Notes: a model not told the origin generated them from the letters alone. A DNA stretch of 64,000 nucleotides from Eledone cirrhosa (GCA_964016885.1 OZ024742.1:160084001-160148000), one strand, 5' to 3'; counted from the first letter of the stretch, positions 28,731 to 41,374 are shown. Made by a program: numbers and translations.

Positions 28731-31700
28731 ATACTGTGTCATCTGGAGGTCTGTCTTTAATCTAAAGACACGATGTGCCATCTGGTAGTCTTTAATCTAA
28801 AGACACTGTGTCATCTGTTGGTCTGTCTTTAATCTAAACACACTGTGTCATCTGGTTGTCTGTCTTTAATCTAAAGACACTGTGTCATCTGGCGGTCTGT
28901 TTTTAAAGTAAAGACACGGTGTGTCATCTGGTAGCCTGTTTTTAATCTAAAGACAGTGTCATCCGGTGGTCTGTCCTCAATCTAAATATACAATGTGTCA
29001 TCTGATAGAATGTGTTTAATATAAAGACACTGTGTCATCTGGTGGTCTGTCTTTAATCTAAAGACACTGTGTCCTCTGCTCGTCTGTCTTTAATCTAAAG
29101 ACACTGTGTCATCTGGTAGTCTGTCTTTAATCTAAAGACACTGTGTCATCTGGTGGTCTGACCTTAATCTAAAGATACAATATGTCATCTGGTGTTCTGT
29201 CTTTAATCTAAAGAGACGATGTGTCATCTGGTAGTCTTTAATATAAAGTCACTGTGTCATCTGGTAGTATCTCCTTAATCTAAAGACACTGTGTCATCTG
29301 GTGGTCTGTCTTCAATCAAAAAATACTGTGTTATCTGGTAGTCAGTCTTTAATCTAGAGACACTGTGTCATCTGGTTGTCTGTCTTTAACCTAAAGACAC
29401 TGTTTCATCTAGTGGTCTCTCTTTAATCTAATGATACTGTGCCATGCGATAGTCTGCCTTTAATCTAAAGACACGATGTGTCATCTGGTAGTCTGTCTTT
29501 AATCTAAAGACACTGTGTCATCTGTTTGTCTATCTATAATCTAAAGACACTGTGTCATTTAGTGGTTTGTCTTTAATCTAAAGACACTGTGTCATCTAGT
29601 TTGACTGTCTTTAATCTAAAGACACTGTGTCATATGATGTTCTGTCTTTAATCTAAAGACACTGTGTAATCTGGTAGTATCTCCTTAATCTAAAGACACT
29701 GTGTCATCTCGTAGTCTGTCTTCAATCTAAAGACACTGTGCCATCAGGTGGTATGTCATTAATCTAAAGACACTGTGTCATCTGATAGTATGTCTTTAAT
29801 CTAAAGACACTGTGTCATCTGGTGTTCTGTCTTTAATATAAAGACACGTTGTGTCATCTGGTAGTCTTTAATATAAAGACACTGTGTCATCCGGTGGTCT
29901 GTCTTTAATCTAAAAACGCGATGTCCCATCTGGTAGCCTGTTTTTAATCCAAAGACACTGTCATCCGGTGGTCTGTCCTCAATCTAAAGATACAATGTGT
30001 CATCTGGTGGTCTGTCTTTAATCTAATGATACGATGTGTCATCTGGTGGTCTGTCTTTTATCTAAAGAAACTCTGTCATCTGGTCGTCTGTTTTTAATCT
30101 AAAGATATATGTCGTCTGATGGTCTTCCTTTAAGCTAAATAAACAATGTGTTATCTGGTGGTCTGTTTTTAATCGAAATATACAATGTGTCATCTGATAG
30201 TCTGTCTTTAATCTAAAGACACTGTGTCATCTGGTGGTCTGTCTTGAATCTAAAGACACTGTGTCATCTGATGGTCTGTCTTTAATCTAAAGAAACTATG
30301 TCATCTGGTGTTCTGTCTTTAATCTAAAGACACGATGTGTCATCTGGTAGTCTGTCTTGAATCTAAAGACACTGTGTCATCGGATGGTCTGTCTTTAATC
30401 TAAAGACACTGTGTCATCTGATGTTCTGTCTTTAATCTAAAGACACGATGTGTCATCTGGTTGTCTGTCTTTAATCTAAAGACCCTGTGTCATTTGTTTG
30501 TCTATCTATAATCTAGAGACACTGTGTCATCTGGTGGTCTGTCTTTAATCTAAAAATACTGTGTCATCTGGTGGTCTGTCTTTAATCTAAAAATACCGTG
30601 TCATCTGGTGGTCTGTCTTTAATCTAGAGACACTGTGTCATCTGGTGCTCTGTCTTTAATCTAAAGACACTCTGTCATCTGGTTGTCTGTCTTTAATCTA
30701 AAGACACTGTCATATGGTGGTTTGTCTTTAATCGAAAGACACTGTGTCATATGGTGGTCTGTCTTTAATCTAAAGACACTGTGTCATCTGGTAGCCTTTC
30801 TTTAATCTAAAGACACTGTGTCATCTGGTAGACTGTCTTTAATCTAAAGACATTGTGTCATCTGGTAGTCTGTATTTAATCTAAAGACACTGTGTCATCC
30901 GGTGGTCTGACCTTAATCTAAAAATACAATATGTCATCTGGTGTTCTGTCTTTAATCTAAAGAGACGATGTGTCACCTGGTAGTCTTTAATATAAAGTCA
31001 CTGTGTCATCTGGTGGTCTGTTTTTAATCTAAATACTGTGTCATCTGGTACTATCTCCTTAATCTAAAGACACTGTTTCATCTGGTGGTCTGTCTTTAAT
31101 CTAAAAATACTGTGCATCTGGCAGTCAGTCTTTAATCTAGGGATACTGTGTCATCTGGTTGTCTGTCTTTAACCTAAAGACACTGTTTCATCTGGTGGTC
31201 TCTCTTTAATCTAAAGATACTGTGCCATGCGATAGTCTGCCTTTAATCTAAATACTGTGTCATCTGGTAGTATCTCCTTAATCTAAAGACACTGTGTCAT
31301 CTGGTAGTCTCTCTTTAATTCTAAAGACACTCTGTCATCTGGTGTTCTGTCTTTAATCTAAAGACACGATGTGTCATCTGGTAGTCTGTCTTTAATCTAA
31401 AGACACTGTGTCATCTCTTTGTCTATCTATAATCTAAAGACACTGTGTCATCTGGTGGTCTGTTATTAATCTAAAAATACTGTGTCATCTGGTGGTCTGT
31501 CTTTAATCTAGAGACACTGTGTCATCTAGTGGTCTGTCTTTAATCTAAAGACACTGTGTCTTCTGGTAGTCTGTTTTAATCTAAAGACACTGTGTCATAT
31601 GGTAGTCTCTATTTAATCTAAAGACATTGTGTCATCTGCTGGTCTGTCTTTAATCTAAAGATACAATGTGTCATCTGGTGTTCTGTGTTTAATCTAAAGA

Positions 31701-33231
31701 CACTGTGTCATCTGGTGTTCTGTCTTTAATCTAAAGACACAGTGTCATCAGGCGGTCTGTTTTTAATCTAAATACTGTGTCATCTGGCGGTCTGTTTTTA
31801 ATCTAAATACTGTGTCATCTGGTAGTATCTCCTTAATGTAAAGACACTGTGTCATCTGGTAGTCTCTCTTTAATCTAAAGACACTGTGTCATCCGGTGGT
31901 CTATCCTTAATCTAAAGACACTGTTTCATCTGGTGGTCTGTCTTGAATCTAAAGACACTGTGTCATCTGGTGTTCTGTCTTTAATATAAAGACACGTTGT
32001 GTCATCTGGTAGTCTTTAATATAAAGACACTGTGTCATCAAGTTGTCTGTCTTTAATCTAAAGACACTGTGTCATCTTGCGGTCTGTCTTTAATCTAAAG
32101 ACACGATGTGCCATCTGGTAACCTGTTTTTAATCTAAAAACACTGTGTCATCCGGTGGTCTGTCCTCAATCTAAAGATATAATGTGTCATCTGGTGGTCT
32201 GTCTTTAATCTAATGATACGATGTGTCATCTGGTGGACCGTCTTTTATCTAAAGAAACTCTGTCATCTGGTAGTCTGTCTTTAATCTAAAGACATGTCAT
32301 CTGATGGTCTGCCTTTAAGCTAAATAAACAATGTGTTATCTGGTGGTCTGTCTTTAATCTAAAGACACTGTGTCATCTGGTGGTCTGTCCTTAATCTAAA
32401 GCTACAATGTGTCATCTGATAATCTGTCGTTAATTGAAAGACACTGTGTCATCTGGTGGTCTGTCTTGAATCTAAAGACACTGTGTCATCTGATGGTCTC
32501 TCTTTAATCTAAAGACACAGTGTCATCTGGTGGTCTGTCTTAAATCGAAATATACAATGTGTCATCTGATAGTCTGTCTTTAATCTAAAGACACTGTGTC
32601 ATCTGCTGGTCTGTCTTTAATCTAAAGACACTGTTTCATCTGCTGGTCTGTCTTGAATCTAAAGACACTGTGTCATCTGATGGTCTGTCTTTAATCTAAA
32701 GACACTGTGTCATCTGATGGTCTGTCTTTAATCTAAAGACACTGTGTCATCTGATGGTCTGTCTTTAATGTAAAGACACTGTTTCATCTGGTGGTCTGTC
32801 TTTAATCTAACGATACAATGTGTCATCTGATGCTCTGTCTTTAATCTAAAGACACTGTGCCATTTGGTGATCTGTCTTTAATCTAAAGACACTGTGTCAT
32901 CTGGTGGTCTGTCTTTAATCTAAAGACACTGTGTCATCTGGTGTCCGTTTTTAATCTAAAGACACTGTGTCATCTGTTGGTCTGTCTTTAATCTAAAGAC
33001 ACTGTGTCATCTGATAGTCTGTCCCTTAAGCTATAGAAACAATGTGTTATCTGGTGGTTTATCGTTAAGGTACAGAAATTGTGACATCTGCTGTTTTTTT
33101 CATTTCAAGCCAAAATTCCATTGTATTTTAGGCAGTAAATTGACAGAATGGAGAGGATTCTCTTCCCCTGATCTACAATGTTACTCGATGTTTCATAAAT
33201 AACATTCCAAATATCCCTTAAATAATTGTTT

Positions 33232-33365
33232 CTAATTTTGGCACAAGGACAGCACTTAACCTGTATATTACTGGTATTTTATTTTATCGACCCCGTAAGG
33301 ATGAAAGGCAAAGATAGCCTCGGCGGGATTTGAACTCAGTCTGTAAAGGGCTGTAACTCTATGCT
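33232..33365 (-). mobile_element. SINE fragment
   Basis: Reverse complement of the B-box and GTCGATAAAATAAA...CCTTGTGCC tail. Confidence 0.75.
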
Positions 33366-33657
33366 GAATGTGAAGTGAAAATAAAAATAAAAATGAAAAT
33401 AAAGTTAAAAATGAAAGTAAATCGGAAAGAGAAGTCTGTAAAGAGGATAATTTAAGGAAAGTGAAGAACAAGAGTTTATGGAGGATAAGTATCTGAAAGT
33501 GAGTTAAGTTTATATGCGCTGGAAAGCAAGTGTGATTTCATGTGTGGGCAACTGATGAAAATTTGTGTGTTTGTATTTAGGCAGGTTTTTGGTGATTTAA
33601 GGTTCTGTAAAATCCAATATTTTTCACTTATGCAGAGTGTGCATCTTCTTTTACTTG

Positions 33658-33937
33658 CAGGGCAGGATTAAATGGGGCGCAAAGGGGCAATTGTCCCCGG
33701 TCCCCTGCAGTGGGGCCCTACCAGCGACGGCCGTAGCAATTTATTTGTGCCCTCAGCTGCGCTTTTTAGTTTTAGGATGATTAGAATTTTTTAATTTAGT
33801 ATCTGTATGTATAACTTTTTAATTCCAATTACTTGCGCCAAGCTAACTTTGATATGTATTCTAATTCTTTTGTGTATAAAGTGCTCCCCAAACCTGGAGT
33901 GCCCCCCCCTCACACACAATGTCTAAATCCAACCCTG
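33658..33937. mobile_element. Putative hAT-type MITE
   Basis: Imperfect TIRs CAGGGCAGGATTAA...TAAATCCAACCCTG. Degenerate 8-bp flanks TTTACTTG / TCTATTTG. Confidence 0.55.
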
Positions 33938-34269
33938 TCTATTTGAGAATGTCCCTGTCAATGACACCACACTGATGAAGAGTATTTTTGTCACCACTAT
34001 GAACATTGCAGTTGTTTAACTGTGTTGGAATAGACAAGTGCTCTCCAGTCGTTGTTAAAGATATAAACCCTAAACATTACTGAGAGCAGTACCAGATTTA
34101 TATATGGGAAAATTAAGAACATTTTGGATAATGAAATTCTAAATACATAACTTGTCTGAGTGTTTTTTCTCTGGGTGTGGTCTAGGATGTCAGTATAAGT
34201 AAAAGCAACAATACCACCTCTCAGAGGTAGGAGAAATTGACAAGTAAGCAATATTTATTTACATATTTA

Positions 34270-34590
34270 TGGTATACAAAATAAAAGTACTTTAAAATAA
34301 TCAAAATAATAAACAAGGAGAGAAAAAAGATGAAGAGAAAAATAAGCGGGGGGAGATAGGTTAAAAAAGGATTGAAGGAAAAAGAGGAGGTAAACTCTTA
34401 CACCCTTGGCTGGGCAATATATCTCAGCTGGCCCCGCGGATAAGATTAGGAAAGCATGGCCCCGGAAAACAGCCAGTAAATCATGCTGCATCAGCCATTC
34501 CACCTCACGGAGCTCCTTTGTTAGACGAGATGCTCTCCTCTCGATTTTGTGGTGGAAAATGACAGTCTGGGAACCGAGGACAGCAGGAAC
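34270..34590 (-). mobile_element. 3' fragment of a CRE-like (restriction-like endonuclease) non-LTR retrotransposon
   Basis: Minus strand reads VLGSQTVIFHHKIERRASRLTKELREVEWLMQHDLLAVFRGHAFLILSAG, which aligns by eye with the peptide at 36978-37241. Confidence 0.7.
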
Positions 34591-34689
34591 AATTTGACCT
34601 CTATTTGGCTTTAAATGCTTATCATTCGAAATGAGTTGTTACAGAAAAATCGTGGGTAACTCATATACGGTACACATAAGCAACGCCAA

Positions 34690-35152
34690 TAAGGCAACAT
34701 GTGGACAACTACGAAGGCCTGATAAGCACTATTAAGAAAAGAAAAATGAGATGGTATGTTCATGTGACAAGATCAGTATCCAAAAATAGTTCAGGGGAAT
34801 AAAAAGTTAAGAAAATCTAAAGAATAAATGGGCAGATAACACCAAAGAAGGGACCAGTAAAGAAATCGCAACAACCCAAGTCTTGCCTCGCAATAGATAG
34901 ATGGAGGGAAGTGGTACATCGCACAACTCTGCAACGACCCTGGAGAGAAGGGTACATTCTCTAACCTGCGGCGCTCACACAAGCCAGGAGGTAAACTCTC
35001 AGCTACAATGTAAATCCTGGCTCACAATAGAAATAGATGGAGGAGTGGGCGGATGTGTGTGTGTGTGGGGGGGGGGGGGTATACACTGCTCCCTCATGCA
35101 GCGCCCTCGTGATATTAGAGGGTCGAGACAGAAGAGAAGTGAGGTGAAGTGA
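34690..35152 (+). mobile_element. Degenerate RTE-clade LINE 3' fragment
   Basis: RKRKMRWYVHVTR and WADNTKE-like remnants. Short-repeat tail GAAGTGAGGTGAAGTGA. Confidence 0.6.
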
Positions 35153-35240
35153 TCATTTTATCATTGTTAGCGTTTGATAGAAGATTCAAATTTATATTAT
35201 TGATAAAATACGTCATAATAACTTTAATTCTGAAATCAAA

Positions 35241-35891
35241 ATGGACACCATATTAGTCGCAATTATTTTCTTCCAAACTATTTCAGTTTTATTTTATATA
35301 GCAATTTTCTCCACTTGTTGGCAGAAACGGTTAAGGCAGTTTCAACTAATTTCTTTTTCAATAATCCCTGTTGTTTGTTTCGGAAGTCTTCTCGCTATAC
35401 TTATTCTAGATGAATGTCAACAAAAGAAAAATCCACATGAAATCACCGACACCGGAAGTACAAGCGACATTGTCGTCAGCCGTTTCAGTCGTTTGGTTTG
35501 TCAACCATTTTTTCATGAATATTTTATCACTGCATCTGATTGGCTTAACATCGATAGTTTCTTTGTTCAAAATATATTCATTGTAACTCTATATTTATCG
35601 TATATCCAACTTCTGCTTTTCCCTATAATATCACCAACAACATCCACCATATGGTATACTGCAGTGTTATGTTGCGTCACTTCTACGATTGTCAACGTGA
35701 TAGAAATATGTCTGGAACAGTTGGAAAGTAAACAATGTAAACCGTCCACTATATCTACGTTGCTTCAATACTTTGATATATTTCATTATTTGCCACAGCC
35801 GACAGTTTTCTGTGAAACTCTAAGTAAAGTTAATTTCCCTCTTTCCAGCAGAACTTTGTATACATCATGGGTCACAGATTATCTCTCATAA
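35241..35891 (+). CDS. Uncharacterised 216-aa multi-pass membrane protein-like ORF
   Basis: 651-nt non-repetitive open frame in AT-rich DNA, AAAATGG start context, about four hydrophobic segments, AATAAA at ~35962. No family recognised with confidence. Confidence 0.4.
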   Translation: MDTILVAIIFFQTISVLFYIAIFSTCWQKRLRQFQLISFSIIPVVCFGSLLAILILDECQQKKNPHEITDTGSTSDIVVSRFSRLVCQPFFHEYFITASDWLNIDSFFVQNIFIVTLYLSYIQLLLFPIISPTTSTIWYTAVLCCVTSTIVNVIEICLEQLESKQCKPSTISTLLQYFDIFHYLPQPTVFCETLSKVNFPLSSRTLYTSWVTDYLS

Positions 35892-35984
35892 ACACCATCA
35901 TTTGTAGTCTTTTTTTTTTAAAAATTTCCAATAGATTGGAAGCCAAAATCTATATTATAATAATAAAAATAATTATAATAACAA

Positions 35985-36197
35985 CTGTTTCTACTTTAGG
36001 CAAAGCCAGCAATTTGTAGAGGAGGGGAAAGTCGATTAAATCGTCCCCAGTTTATTACTGGTACTTTATTTTATCGACCCCCGTAAGGATGAATGGCAAA
36101 CTAACCCCGGCGGGATTTGAACTCTGATCGTAAAGGGCTGTAACTTTATGCCGCGAAGCATGATGTCCGATGCTCTTCCGATATTGCCAATTCACCG
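35985..36197 (-). mobile_element. SINE, long form with internal GACGATTTAATCGACTTTCCCCTCC segment
   Basis: A/B boxes and 3' tail on the minus strand, ending in an (ATT)-rich run. Confidence 0.85.
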
Positions 36198-36313
36198 TAT
36201 GTATGTATGTATGTATGTATGTATGTATGTATGTATGTATGTATGTATGTATGTATGTATGTTTGTATGTACGTAAAATATATTAGTTTAATGCTTGAAA
36301 TATCAGGAAAAGA

Positions 36314-36351
36314 GTCTTAACGTTTCGGACACTAGTCCTTCATCAGAGGAT
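36314..36351 (-). ncRNA. Minimal hammerhead-ribozyme-like motif (Penelope pLTR type)
   Basis: Minus strand CTGATGA-a-GGAC-tagt-GTCC-GAAACGTTA; stem I is weak. A more decayed second motif lies at ~36478-36512. Confidence 0.55.
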
Positions 36352-36764
36352 AGTTATATATATATACAAACATATATATATTGAGAAATGTACATAGCAG
36401 CCGAAGTGTACAATAAATATATGCCAAAAAAAACCAAAAACGAATTTCCATGTAAATTGAAAAAATGCTATACACCTTCATTCGTTCGGACCTCAGTTCT
36501 CATCAGAAGACGTGTACATCACTAAACAACCACAACTTCTGAATATATATCTTAACTACCAGCACGAGCGCTAATCATATGCAAATTAGTACGTTATGTC
36601 AGAATATTAGAAAGAGCCAATGGGTATGTATGCCCATCAAACATGTGTTTACTTGTGGTAGATGATATACACGCCCGTTAGAGATGGTTTCATTGTAAAT
36701 CACATTGGTCATTTAATTCTTGTTTTGTGATTTGCATGCGTGTGTTTTGTAGTTAATTATATGC

Positions 36765-36960
36765 AAAATTCCGAACAAAAACATGGATTTGGGAGGAGGG
36801 ATAAGTCAGTTATATCGACCCGAGTATTTGGCTGGCATTTTATTTTATTAATCTCGGAACGATAAAAAATAATGTTGACCTCGGCGGGATTTGAAATTAG
36901 AATGTAAAGAGCTTGATCAAATACAGCAAAGAATCGTGTCTGGCGCTTTAAAAAATTTTG
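36765..36960 (-). mobile_element. Older SINE copy
   Basis: GACCTCGGCGGGATTTGAA B-box region in reverse, with SINE body. Confidence 0.7.
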
Positions 36961-36977
36961 CAAACCACGGTAACAAT

Positions 36978-37415
36978 CGCAAAGCAGAGGAAAGGAAGAT
37001 AAACAAATACCGGGGGTTGTCCGGCTGCGTCCTCTTCGAACCTGTCGCTGTTGAGACTTCAGGCGTACTTGGACCCCGTACTGCCGAGCTCATCCGAAAG
37101 ATCGGAACATCAGCAGCCCGTCTGAGGAAGGAGCCACGCGAGGTTGGGTGGCTGTTGCAGCGGGTGTCGCTGGCCATTGTCCACGAAAATGCTTTTGCAG
37201 TCTTGTCGGCGGGACACAGCCTCAACACCACCGAACCCTAGACCTAGAGCCCAGCACCCCCCTCTTCCCTCTCCCATTCTTCTGTGACTCTAGATCCCCT
37301 GCCCGTCCCTTCATTTTCTGTTTTCAAATATCTGTAGTGTTATTTGAAATAGATGTGTTTACGATTTTTTGGAATTTTATTAATAAAAAATATTTAGCTG
37401 ATAAGAAAAAAAATT
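36978..37415 (+). mobile_element. 3' end of a CRE-like non-LTR retrotransposon (endonuclease C-terminus, 3' UTR, A-rich tail)
   Basis: AEERKINKY...FEPVAVETSGVLG...LLQRVSLAIVHENA matches my recollection of CRE-clade C-termini. Local GC island followed by AATAAA and A-runs. Confidence 0.75.
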
Positions 37416-37449
37416 CTCACTGAAATTCATCCTAATTCATAACTAGCGG

Positions 37450-37750
37450 ATAGGCGCATGGTTTAGTTATTAAGGTGTTCGATTCACAATCTTAACGTCA
37501 GGAGTTCGATTCATTGTAGCGCGTTTACTGTATATTTGAGCAAGATATTTTATTTCACATTGCTACAGTCCACTCGGCTAGAAATAATTCAAAGGGTCAA
37601 CCATGTCACATACTTATGCCACCTTCGATCTCCCTGAGAATTGTGTTAAGGGTACACCTGTCTGTAGAATGCTCAGTGAGTTGCAGATTAATTTCACGAG
37701 CAAACTGTTTCGTTGTTTGAACAATTGAAAAATGTGTCATAACTGATGGA
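37450..37750 (+). mobile_element. Second tRNA-derived SINE family
   Basis: GGCGCATGGTTTAGT...GGAGTTCGATTC head. Body CTCCCTGAGAA...AATTTCACGAGCA is shared with a headless copy at ~54030-54250. Confidence 0.7.
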
Positions 37751-37756
37751 GATCAA

Positions 37757-37759
37757 ACA

Positions 37760-37806
<47 letters not shown>

Positions 37807-37811
37807 GTACG

Positions 37812-37902
<91 letters not shown>

Positions 37903-37925
37903 ACATACACACACACACACACACA
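37757..37925. repeat. (CACG)n(CA)n microsatellite
   Basis: Seen directly. Confidence 0.97.
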
Positions 37926-37939
37926 GGTAGTATGTTGCC

Positions 37940-38290
37940 TTAGGACAAATCTTAGGATTTCTTGGCGTGACCACATCACAAACGAGATCATGGAAAAGAA
38001 CTCGGCTGAATAATCTGCAGTACACCATCATCGTACGACAGCGAAGATCCTTGAGCATGTGCTATGCATGTTCACGAAGGGAGCAGCAAGAGCTTCCTTC
38101 AAAAGGAAACTAGATGGGTGGGAGGGTACAGAAAACAAGACATACCCGTCAATACCTGGTTGAGGTCTGTGGAGGAAGATTTGGCATGCATGAACCTGGC
38201 CTTGTTTGGCTTGGTTTGGGAGCAGGCTGGTAACAAGGTTTTCAGCCGCGAGGAATAGAGATCTCACGTTGTCCAATGCTCTATAAAGAA
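37940..38290 (+). mobile_element. Degenerate RTE-like LINE 3' fragment
   Basis: Remnants such as EIMEKTRL and TWLRSVEEDL resemble RTE ORF C-termini. Confidence 0.5.
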
Positions 38291-38999
38291 GATTTTATCA
38301 ATACTGGTGGGATGAAACAAAATATCTACCTCAGTGAGGTTTGAACTCAGACACGTTACAGAATTTATTTAAACAACACAAGACACTTTGTCCTTTGTTT
38401 TAAAGAGACTGCTAATCCGTGGAAAGAAATAGAAAAGAAGATATTTACTTACAAAAGCGGTGGGGCTGGTAAATTGAATAGATTTCTCATATTAAAGAAA
38501 GCATGTTAACAAAATTAGAATATCAGATACACTTAAACCTATCTCTTTTATGTTCTCTCTCTCTCGTTCTTCGTCTCCCCCCCTCTCTCTCTGTTTCCAC
38601 AACTTGGCCTTCAGTCGCCACCTAATCTAATTGCGATTATTAGGTTAATGATTACCATATATTAACTCTAATTATTATTAAGGAATTTAAACAACGCCTC
38701 GTGACGCGAGAATGGTGCATCGTAAAATTTACATTGATATGGTGCAAAGATGTCTTTGCTCCCTCTCTCCATGTATCTTTCCCCTCTCATCCTCCCCCCC
38801 CTCTCTCTCTCTCCACTTAATAGCTTATCACTGGGAGATAGCAATTGCTGGAAAAATTCTAATAGATTAGGAACGAAAAATGCAACAGTGTTTGACGGGA
38901 AAATTCCGTTTAGCTTTTTATATTTGGAAAGAAAATTAAATTAAAATCCGTGTTTTTCTTCTCTTATCTTATGACTCCATACCAAGAGATAACGATTGA

Positions 39000-39001
39000 T
39001 G

Positions 39002-39063
<62 letters not shown>

Positions 39064-39175
39064 CATGCATTGATAAATACAGGTCCCGTTAGTTGGCGAC
39101 AAAGAACGCATGTCATAGAGCCGGCCCAATGTATATTTGTATATATATATATAATTTTATATATATGTATGTACG

Positions 39176-39260
<85 letters not shown>

Positions 39261-39600
39261 AGATAAATCGAGATCTTGTTAAATGACGATAGATAATGCA
39301 CATCATATATTCTCGGTAGCACAGCATAATTATATATATGCATGCCTGCATTATTTAAATAAATGTGTGTGTGTGTATGTATGTTTATAAATACACACAC
39401 ATACACACATACATATATATGTATACATGTGTGTGTATACACACACACACACATATATATATTACACATCTCTATAGTGTGTATATATATATATATATAT
39501 ATACATATATGTATGTGTGTGTGTGTTTGTGTGCGTGTGTACATACATGTATATGTACGTATATATGTATTCATTCATACATACATATACGTTACAATGT
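39000..39600. repeat. Compound (GT)/(TA)/(TATG) microsatellites
   Basis: Seen directly. Confidence 0.9.
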
Positions 39601-40222
39601 ATATCTTGTTTCAGCGTGACAAATCTGACAGAGGCAATATGGCTAACTTTCAGGTTCAGTGAACACTACAGATACTGATACAGGATACATACACATATAA
39701 TATAATCTCGTACAGTTCTTGTTTTTTGTACGTTTCTTTAGTAAGTCTATCACGTCGTTTATTTTCGAATCATCCACATATTCTCGTGAAGCATTTTACA
39801 TGGAGTTGGTCGCCAAACATGATAACGAAATTAATGCCACACGCAAGTCATGCTTCTGTAATCGTTCTGGGACAAAGAAATACGTCGTAGAGTTATTTTT
39901 CTTCCTTAATTTGAATATAATTATATATATCCATAGGTCCTTAACCCATGATAGTCGTATGGGCGCTGTAGTGATATACAGAGTTTCTTGGGCATCTTAA
40001 AACTGGTGGAACCCATCACTCTCTAAGTTTGCACACGGTGTGGATTTCTTTCGGAGAGAGAGAGAGAAAAGAGAGAGGGATAGGTTAGGGTGGAGAGATG
40101 TGGAAACATCGATTTTAGTACTTGACTGGTACATGATTAATCGACCACAAAATGATAAAAGGCAATTTTGGACCCATATCCCTTCCATATACTGTACCGA
40201 TTGTGTTGTTATTTCTGTTTAC

Positions 40223-40321
<99 letters not shown>

Positions 40322-40642
40322 TATCGAGTGGTCTTGGATTTCCTACCTATAGCTGCTCGCACATTGCTCGGTTTGTTGTTGTTTTTTCGCTGTTTTGTTA
40401 CTGTTTTCTCTTTTCTTCCCCTTTGCTTTCCTTCCCTCCTACCTCCGTTTTCCCAATAACTTATCCAGTTATTGACGCCCTGGGGTGAAGTGGTATCTTG
40501 TCTTTAAAGCGTAGAAATATCTGAAACCCCCAGTAGACAACTGATGAGGAAACCCCCCGTTCTTGCTTTCTTCGTATTCCCACTGCATTTTAAGTTACCT
40601 TAAATACCAACTACACAGCCATTTCTATTTTCCATATATTTC

Positions 40643-40878
<236 letters not shown>

Positions 40879-41146
40879 CTACCTAACTCGTCCCATGGAC
40901 TGAGTGCTCTACCACTACGGATATTACCTTCCAGTGTTCCACCATATATATATGTATGTATGTATGTGTATATGTGTGTGTGTATGTGTTTTAGTTAAGT
41001 GTATAACCGTTCGAGGCACAGGTCCGTTTCGTTTAGGTTGTATTCCAGTGTTACGACTGTAGTATGCAGAACGTAAATAGATTTAAAATAGTCGAAGTCG
41101 GTGGTGCTGCATATGTACAAACTTTATTTGCATATTACGATTGTTC

Positions 41147-41268
41147 AGCTCGACGCTTTTTTGACATCTCATCAGATATGCGAGCTTATATATGCAAAAC
41201 TGAGTTTAGATGTGTCATTGCACATATAAGCTCGCATATCTGATGAGATGTCGAAAAAGAGTCGGGCT
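41147..41268. repeat. Short inverted repeat, ~50-bp arms
   Basis: GACATCTCATCAGATATGCGAGCTTATAT...ATATAAGCTCGCATATCTGATGAGATGTC. Confidence 0.85.
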
Positions 41269-41333
41269 ACGTCACCTTCATTGTACCCTGAGCTGATGGA
41301 TATTGAAACAATTGTAATATGCAAGCCATTCCG

Positions 41334-41374
41334 CTGAGCCGATGATTCGGTAAGGTGAAACAAATTGTCCTCGG
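41334..41374 (+). ncRNA. Degenerate hammerhead motif of the same family as 40784-40822
   Basis: ctgag-CCGATGA-ttcggtaaggt-GAAAcaaattgTC-ctcgg. Confidence 0.5.

Larger units (their letters stand above)
1..33095. repeat. Satellite array of ~37-bp monomers (roughly 880 copies; runs off the left edge of the window)
   Basis: Continuous head-to-tail copies of TAATCTAAAGACACTGTGTCATCTGGTGGTCTGTCTT with shorter and longer variants (e.g. GACAC-GAT-GTGTC). Decays at ~33,020-33,095. Confidence 0.98.

Noticed and set aside
1-33095. CRISPR array (37-bp palindromic repeats)
   Set aside because: Monomers abut with no unique spacers, there are no cas genes, the context is eukaryotic and the higher-order structure is typical of satellites.
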